A stretch of 59,030 bases of DNA, filler included, from Sphacelaria rigidula (lineage: Eukaryota), in assembly GCA_964200075.2 (NCBI GenBank). It is 6 parts of 6 records of this genome, joined end to end, with 100 filler letters (N's around TTAATTAATTAA, not from the genome) between each part and the next. Parts side by side here need not be neighbours in the genome. Positions count along the whole stretch, not along the records: positions 49,277 to 59,030 come from CAXNAA020007834.1; 5 more parts are not named here. One strand, given 5' to 3'. Positions 51,781-59,030 of this stretch are shown here, one piece after another. Within the stretch, counting starts at the first letter, position 1, and every line of letters starts with the position of its first letter. The notes below the pieces were generated by a model, which saw only the letters and a program-made list of their open reading frames with translations, did no database searches and was not told where the DNA came from. Made by a program: the position numbers and the translations under genes.

Positions 51781-54700
51781 TTGTTTTTTTCTTTTTCGTC
51801 CAAGCGTGTCTGTACGCCTGGATATATTAGTGATCACTTCGTTCCGGAGTTGACCATTGATACTGCAAGTGATGTCACGTACGTTTCACTTTCGTACTTG
51901 AAACGACATCCCACGTTATCGTTTGCTCAACTCGAGCCCGTACCACCCTCTCACATGAAGCTAAATGCCGCAAATGGAGCGCCACTTCAATTGTTGGGTA
52001 ATCCTTCGTTAAACGTTCGTTTGGGAGACGTCTCCCGCCGTATTGATGCCTTGGTGATCCCTTCCCTCGGCCCTGATCAAATCTTGCTTGACAATGACGC
52101 AATATCTCGTTTCGGTGCAGTACTTGATTGGAAAAACGAACAACTGACTTTTGCATCGAATGATACTGTTTTCCCTGCGTTAGATCGTAAAGTACCACGC
52201 ACCAGCAACACGCCTCCATCCACGTTCACCGTTGCTGCTGTACACAAAAAAGCATGGGAGCATTCGATCACTCTGTACCGACGTTATAACATTCCCCCCT
52301 GGGCATAGCGCAATCGTCAAAGTGTACTCGGAGGCCATACCGTTACATGATACTACCGTTGTAGTTGAACCTCGTTTGTTGACAACGGAAGAAATCAAAT
52401 CCGGCGACTTTCCCATCGAATTTGAACGTGTACTCGTCGCGCGTACTCTGACTACTTGGCATGCTCGGGATGGCGCAGTATACTTACAAGTTGCAAATCT
52501 GTCTTCGGAGTCTCTCGCATTGCATGACAACCTAGTCCTTGGGAAACTGTCTTCAGTTGAGATCGTACAACCTGACAAACTTCGCGTGCATGCCGTTGCA
52601 GCGACTCCCAAAACCGTAGGTGAAATCGCTCTTGCACGCCAAGAACTTACAGAACCGTCAGAGAAAGCTTTCGCTGACTCCACGTTTTCCCCTGAGCAAC
52701 AAGCTCGAGTGTTAGATTTGTGTGCAAAATACCGTCCCGTGTTTTCGTTGAACCGAGGTGAACTCGGAAAATGCACCACCCATGACGGAACGTTTCCCTT
52801 GCCGCCCAACAGTAAACCTGTGAGCCGCCGACCGTATCGTGCCAACCCTCGCGCCGAAGCCGTTAATAAGTGCGCGAAGGATGTGCTCACTGACGGGATC
52901 ATTGAAGAACTACCTAGCCCGTGGGGTTCCCCCGTCACGATTGTCGAACGTAAAGATGGTCAAGCTCGTTTCTGCGTCGACTACCGTACTACGTTGAACA
53001 AGCTGCTGATTCGCAAGACGTGGCCGATGGCGAACATGGAGTCCAATCTCGACACCGTTGGCAGCGCACAATTCATCTCCGTTGCCGACATACAGAGCGC
53101 GTACTGGCAGCTTCCGGTGAGGTCAGACTCCGTAGAGCGTACGGCGTTTGTTACCAACCAGGGCAAATACTGTTATAAGAAAATGCCGTTTGGGGTGTGT
53201 AATGCGCCATGGATTGTCACTGAGATGGCCCATAAAACTTTAGGCCACATGCCCGAATTGTTGATTTACATGGATGATCTCTGTGTCTTGTCGGCGAATT
53301 TCGAGAATCATTTGAAGTCTTTGGAGAGCATGTTCGTAGCTCTGCAGGCAGCCGGACTGACATCGAAACCGTCGAAGGTCGCATTTGGTCCTAAATCGAT
53401 TGAATACCTTGGGCACGTAATTTCCAAAGACGGCGTGTCTGTTGGGGAGGATCGGATCAAAGCTATCAACGCACTGCCGACACCCACCTGCATCAAAGAA
53501 CTCCGCTCAGTGCTTGGGGTACTTGATTTTGTGCGCCGTTTTATTCCTGATTACGCCGAAGTTACTGCACCCTTGGTGGAACTCACGAAAAAAGAGTATG
53601 CCACAAAATCTCGTTTCAAAAAGGCTTGGAATGTCAACCACGATGTGGCCTTTTCGCACATCAAGCGTCTGTTGGTTTCAGCCCCCGTTCTACATTTCCC
53701 GGATTTTCATGAGAGTTTGTCGTCCACGTTGATTCGTCCGAAGTCGGATGTGGTGCTTTCCTTGCCCAACCGTCTAAGAATGATGACAAGTCCCTAGACA
53801 TCATTGCTTACTATAACCACCGTTTTAAACGTGGGCAACGACACTATTCTGCGTCGATGAAGGAGTGTTGTGGAGTAGTGCATGCCTTAGCGCATTGGAG
53901 ACCTTATCTTTTTGGACGGCATTTCACCGTGATGGCTGACCACTCCGCACTCACACATTTGTACTACACGCAAGATACTAGCAACATGCTCACTCGTTGG
54001 GCTGTTGCTCTCCAAAATTACGACTTTACTGTAAAGCATGTACCCGGGAAACTGAACGTAGTCCCCGACGCACTATCTCGTCTGTTCGGCGAAATTGGAA
54101 CTGAACCAGTGGCACACTAACCGGCATTGGCGTCTAGCTGCCGTAATGTGCCGAGTGATCGTCCGTACTTTTCACCTGGGTCACGTGACTACGAAATTTC
54201 TGCCGACTCGTGAAACGAGATTGACATAGTGCAAAATGGCACATAATTTCTTTCTAGTGCCGTTTCGTTATTCCCTGTGCTCGATCCCGCCCGACTCCAG
54301 GAAGAACAGCGCAAAGAGTTTAGTGCGTATCTAAACTACGTACGCGAGCCTGACATAGCAGTGCTCCCACAGGGTGAAAGCAAAGGTTCCATGAGCAAGT
54401 ATTTCTAAAACGAAGACGTGTTATTCCGTTCGTATTTGCCTGGTTATCTGCCCAAGAACCAAGCTTTCCGTGATTAGCTAGTCGTTCCCACCACCCTCCG
54501 TGATTTGATTTTACATGAGTGCCACGATGCCCCCGCGTCGGGTGGACACCTCGCATTCAAAGCAACGTATGATAGACTCAGAGATCGTTTCTGGTGGTCA
54601 TCCATGTCAAACGATGTTGCCACGCATATCAAATGCTGTCTGCCATGCCAACACCGTAAAACGTCTCGCCGTACACCACCGTAACCCGTGGGACATAGAC

Positions 54701-55881
54701 CGGTAACTCGTCCGTTTCAGTGTGTCGCAATCGATCTAGTGGAGTACAAATCTGCTTCGCAAGGGTGTAAATACGTTATGTCCGTGATCGACCACCTGAC
54801 CCGTTTCCTCGTATTAGTGCCCGTGCCTAATAAACAAGCAACCACGATTGCCCAAGCTCTCGTAGAGCGTGTTTTTTCCGTGTTTTCTCCCCCTAAAACC
54901 TTACACAGCGATCGTGGTACCGAGTTTGAAAACGAGTTGGTAAAAGAATTGCAATCCGTATTTGGGTTCATGAAGACTCGTACGTCTTCGTATCGTCCCC
55001 AAAGGCAATTCCGTTTTCGAGCGTGTGCATAGCACGATGCATAATATGCTCGCCATGTACTCCAACGTCAAGTTTGACAATTGGGCAGAACTCCTACCGT
55101 TTGTACAGCTCGCCCATAGTACCGCGTATAACCAAACTCTAGAGGAAACCCCTCACTACCTCATGTTTGGTCGCCGAGCACTTCTTCCCGTGGATGTAAT
55201 TTTTGGTGTTTCATCATCTGGCACAAAATCGTCTAAGTAAAATTACTCTCGTCGTACCGTGGATAATTTGCAGCTAGCGTATGAGATCGCTCGTCGTAAT
55301 TTGAAAGAGAGAGGACCGACAAACAAGCTGAATTCAATGAGCAACTAGCTTTTCCGCAGTTCAAACCTGGTGAGCAAGTACTCGTGCACCGACCAGCTAC
55401 CGTAACTGATGGCCCTAATCCCAAACTAATTAGTCCCTGGCATGGGCCTTTCACCGTTAGTTCTCAACTCTCGCCCGTGATCTACCGAGTGAGCAGAGAG
55501 GGTGAACTCGCGGAAACGTCCGTTCATTTGGCGCGTATGAAGAAGTACTTTGCGTTGCGTCCGAATGATGTTCCTGATTTCACTGAACGTCATGAGATGT
55601 TTTTAGGAACGAAACTTCCGATCCCAGACCTGGATGGCTCCGTGCTAGCTGCCAAAATTGGTCCGTATACCATTGAAGGCATCGATGGTTTCAACCGTGG
55701 AGCGGGAAAACCGTCGTCTCAAAACGTTCAACAATATTTCCTCGTTCAAGACCGATCTCGCGGTCGCGGTATCTGGAAGCACCGTAAAGAGGTCCCGCAG
55801 TGTCACGAAATGATCCGTTCGTATCGTGCGCAAATTCCACGAGAAAACCCGCACGCTTTTGATCTCTCCTCTGACAAGTAG
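51781..55881 (+). pseudogene. pol: Gypsy pol (protease, RT, RNase H, integrase, chromo-like tail) with frameshifts and stops
   Basis: LTIDTASDV protease; SPWGSP, RFCVDYR, MPFG and YMDD (53267-53278) in RT; VHVDSS and MADHSAL in RNase H; CHD..SGGH...CLPC, AIDL, HSDRGTEF and WHGPF in integrase. Confidence 0.95.
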
Positions 55882-55963
55882 TAACGTTGCTACGTCTTAT
55901 TTGTCTCGCTGATGATTTTATTTTTGTTCCGTTTATATTCGTTTTGTCTTTACTGTATTACCG

Positions 55964-57492
55964 TTAATCCGCATGTTTTGTTTCCAGCGACACCCCGTTG
56001 TAGCCCGCCATTCCCCGAATCTTTTTGCAGCCTGGCCAGGCATCGTTCCATTCGGTGGATCTACCCGTGCTCGTGAGCGTGGGAAACGTCAGATGGAAGA
56101 CTACTGCCGCAGACATCGTGGTCTGCACGTGAAGTAATATTCCACGGCGGGGGTAGAATAGTTTTGATGTCACTTCGTTTTATCGTTTCATCTACGTGTG
56201 GTTACGCATTTCGTTGATATTTTTCTTCATACACCATTCGTGATGATATGAATTGAGTTTCCGAGTACCGAATTCGTTCGGGAACGCCGAGTTATGCTTG
56301 ACAAGCACCGTCAACAGGAACGTACCCGTTGGGTCGCAAATGCTGGGGGGGAGAGGTGTAAAATGAACGGGTTACTCAAGTACGCGATCTACTATATGTA
56401 AGTACACCGAGTGATCCGCTTAGTCAGCCTTCTGTGGTCCTTGACATACGAGCACGTCGTATGGGGTCCTCAGAATTCGCGGCATGTATGATGAAGGCGT
56501 TGTTTTTCACCCTCTGGCTAATGAGAGTGATCGGTGGGGGGTTGTGGTTTTCGCGTGAACTACAAAACCACCAAAATAATGCTGGATATTGTCTGGTTGT
56601 GGCTGGCATGCACTTCTGAATTTGTTGAATATATCCGCTCGTTTTAGCCGAAGACTCCGTAGTCTCTCCGCCAGCATCCGTGGTGCCGTACCACCCGTTG
56701 ATGCCGTAGCAGTGGTTAGCAGTCTGTTGGTGTGAGAGGGAAGCACAACAGTTGCTCGTATCATAACCGCTGCTCGTGGCTGAATTGCCACAACAGTACG
56801 TATTTTACCACTGTTCCACACTGCCGTAACCACATCGTTCGTGTACATGCACACCAGTCTGTTCTGACTATGAGTCGTGAGGACTGAGTCCCACCATATT
56901 GGGGTACCTTTGGTATAGTTGCATGTTTCGTTTTGTGCATTTCCCAGCAGCCTTTTCCGTTTGGCACCCGCACGTGTGTGATTGATTTTAAGCCTTGCAA
57001 GCACCACCGTTCCACACACGGGCAATATGATGATATGCTGGAAGTTCGTCTATCGTGCACAAGTTCTGTATTTTCCCGTTTCGGGAGTTCATATTTTTTT
57101 GGCATCTCGTTCTAGAGATGATTTTTTTTTGTGTCCAATCGTTTTCAAGTTCATGTACCACATATCGTTGTGTGGCTGAACTTGTCGTATACCGTCATAC
57201 CATCGTCATCTGTGTAGTTTGTCCATCGCGTGAGGTACTGACTTGTGGTCGCAGACAAATCGTTCCCACACAAGCTCGTGGTTTTCACTACGCGAAGTGC
57301 GGTAGAAAAGAGGACATCTGTTACTCAACGACGTACCACCAACTACGAGCCGTCAATATTTCGCCCATTAATGTACTTCATTCTGATAAGTTCCACTTGT
57401 TCAATCAATAAGACATTTCTCATTTCTTGTATCTCCAACACGGACGTCAGGCACCCGCGCTGAAGATAGGGGGGTGATATAAATGCCACCAT
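55964..57492 (-). pseudogene. Decayed antisense extra ORF of the Gypsy element
   Basis: Long minus-strand protein-like stretches (56507-57025 open for 172 aa; 55964-56340 and 57150-57492 with two stops each). QYLTRWTNYTDDD lies at 57240-57202. Confidence 0.4.
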
Positions 57493-57773
57493 AGATGGAC
57501 AGGTAGAGTGACGCCAGATGGCCGTCCAGAACCATTGTTCTGACCCGGTTTACACAGATAGAGTCAGAACCGTTCCTGGAATTCCTCGGAGGAATACCTT
57601 GGAGGAATACCCCGGAAGGAACATTCCTCGGATGAATGTGGGGCATCTTTGCTATGCAAACTCAGCCCAGCTGGCTCGCCCACACACGACACAACCCCGT
57701 GTGTACTCCGCACCAAACTGCTAAAGAAGAGACCAACGCCTTGTAGAACCCACGAAGGGGCTTATCCCTTCCA
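57478..57773 (+). repeat. 3' LTR
   Basis: Copy of 49769-50064 (TG changed to TA at the start), preceded by the PPT. Confidence 0.95.
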
Positions 57774-58730
57774 TACATAGTACTGAACAAAATAATCCCA
57801 AGGCTCACTAGGCGAACCAAGTATCGCAAAGTTTTCTACCATTACGGGAGCGGTGAGGTTTTCGAGGAGTATATCGTGAGCACGTTGAGCTTCCTGTACT
57901 GCCCTGAACCCATGCTGCCTTATCAACTCTTCTTCTCTTCCATGAAACACTCGAATGGGGTTTCGAATAAACAGAGCACTATAGCATTTCTCGGCACGAA
58001 AATATCCGATCATCTGAACTTGAAGCACACGAAACTTGGACTCCAATCTTTCCCCTGCTTTACTGTACCGTCCCATGGGTGAATGCTCGTATTGTTGCGT
58101 ACTCTTACAAAGTTGGGTGGGGCACGTTGCCCTTCCGTGAAGTTGTCGCTTCGGAACTCTGGAAAAAAACGTGGGTTGTTCTCCTGCTCGCGGTGTGCTG
58201 TACCCACCGTGGGATTACCTTGTGCACCTGCGCCCAAATGCATACTCCTATCTCTTTTGTACTCTGCAATAGCATCGCGTTTTGCGGCCTCAATAAGCTC
58301 TGCCTATTTTTCTTCCATGATTCGTAGTTTTTCGGACTGCTCTACCTCCATACGCCTGAGCTTTTCCGTTAACTCTTCAGTACTGTACTTCATGTTAGCC
58401 ATGGATCGACTTTTATTATCTACTTCTGTTACTTGTTGCTGAATTGCTTATCTCAAACTCTCCTTGACCTCTCACTTGTTGACTTCCTTCCTCGTTGACT
58501 CAAGCGCAATCAAATGCTGCTTTATTGTTCGGACTGTAACACACGCTAATTGCGTAACTCTCTTTGAAGGCTCAAGCGCTATAAAGTGCCGCTGAATTTT
58601 GCCTCTGACCGTGACAAACGCTAATTGCGTGACTCTCTTTGATGGCTTAAGCGCTATGAAGTGCTGCTGAATTTTGCCTGACCGTAACAAACGCCAACTG
58701 CGTGACTCTCTTTTAAGGCTCAAGCGCTAA
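57774..58730 (-). pseudogene. gag: Copia-like gag, 5' half
   Basis: Minus strand coiled-coil-like segment, then HPWDGT..., ...QEAQRAHDILLENLTAPVMVENFAILGSPSEPWDYFVQYY up to the LTR edge. It continues at 49768. Confidence 0.65.
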
Positions 58731-58790
58731 CTAGTGCTGCTGTATCTTGCCTCGAGCTGGCTCAAGCGCTATTAAGTGCTGCTGAATATT
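58495..58790. repeat. ~72-75-nt tandem repeat, about 4 units
   Basis: AAGCGCTAT.AAGTGCTGCTGAATTTTGCC..GACCGT.ACAAACGCTAATTGCGTGACTCTCTTT; units start at about 58501, 58573, 58648, 58721 and 58763. Confidence 0.85.
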
Positions 58791-59030
58791 GCTCAGACTC
58801 GCCTCTTACCTCCCTGCTACTCCGGCTGCTGTCTACCCGTTTCAAACTCGCTAGCGTATTTGATAAAGGGATGATCCCGTAGGGGACGCGCTCTGGACAG
58901 GGGAATGTGTATACGTTCTTGTATCAAGTTCTTATAACCTTCACTCACCACATATGACACTTTCTACGATAGCCCCCCCCAAAAAACCAGCTGAAAGTGT
59001 CACGAAAAAAATGACCATACAGCGCCTGAT

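Larger units (their letters stand above)
49769..57773 (+). mobile_element. Ty3/Gypsy LTR retrotransposon, full length, decayed
   Basis: Two 296-nt LTRs, PBS TGGCGTCGAC (50068-50077), PPT AAGATAGGGGGG before 57478, domain order PR-RT-RH-IN, and an imperfect TATA/TACA target duplication. Confidence 0.97.

Noticed and set aside
52180-52938. 252-aa minus ORF
   Set aside because: Antisense shadow of pol.
58495-58790. CRISPR-like arrays (also 350-440 and 41560-41925)
   Set aside because: Whole units repeat with no unique spacers, there are no cas genes, and the context is eukaryotic.

Overview
Eukaryotic, intron-rich, repeat-rich DNA of about 50% GC with short GT-AG exons. It is most consistent with a brown alga or related stramenopile; this is inference, not proven. 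The window is NOT one locus. It is six contigs of near-identical, descending length (9756, 9756, 9755, 9755, 9754, 9754 nt) joined by an artificial 100-nt N44-TTAATTAATTAA-N44 spacer, so nothing should be linked across spacers. Contig 1: terminal exon of a CBS-domain (AMPK-gamma-like) gene plus MITEs. Contig 2: six minus-strand exons of an axonemal dynein heavy chain (stalk and microtubule-binding domain) with a ~680-nt ATN microsatellite in one intron. Contig 3: ten phase-consistent plus-strand exons of a protein with two putative beta-sandwich modules followed by the start of a pectate-lyase-3-type right-handed beta-helix. Contig 4: a decayed D5/P4-type SF3 primase-helicase and a Stowaway-ended mariner fragment. 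Contig 5: mostly repeats. Contig 6: a full-length but decayed Ty3/Gypsy element with 296-nt LTRs, inserted into a Copia-like gag and carrying an unexplained antisense coding region before its 3' LTR. Most ORFs in the supplied track are spurious. All domain calls are by-eye motif recognition with no database search.
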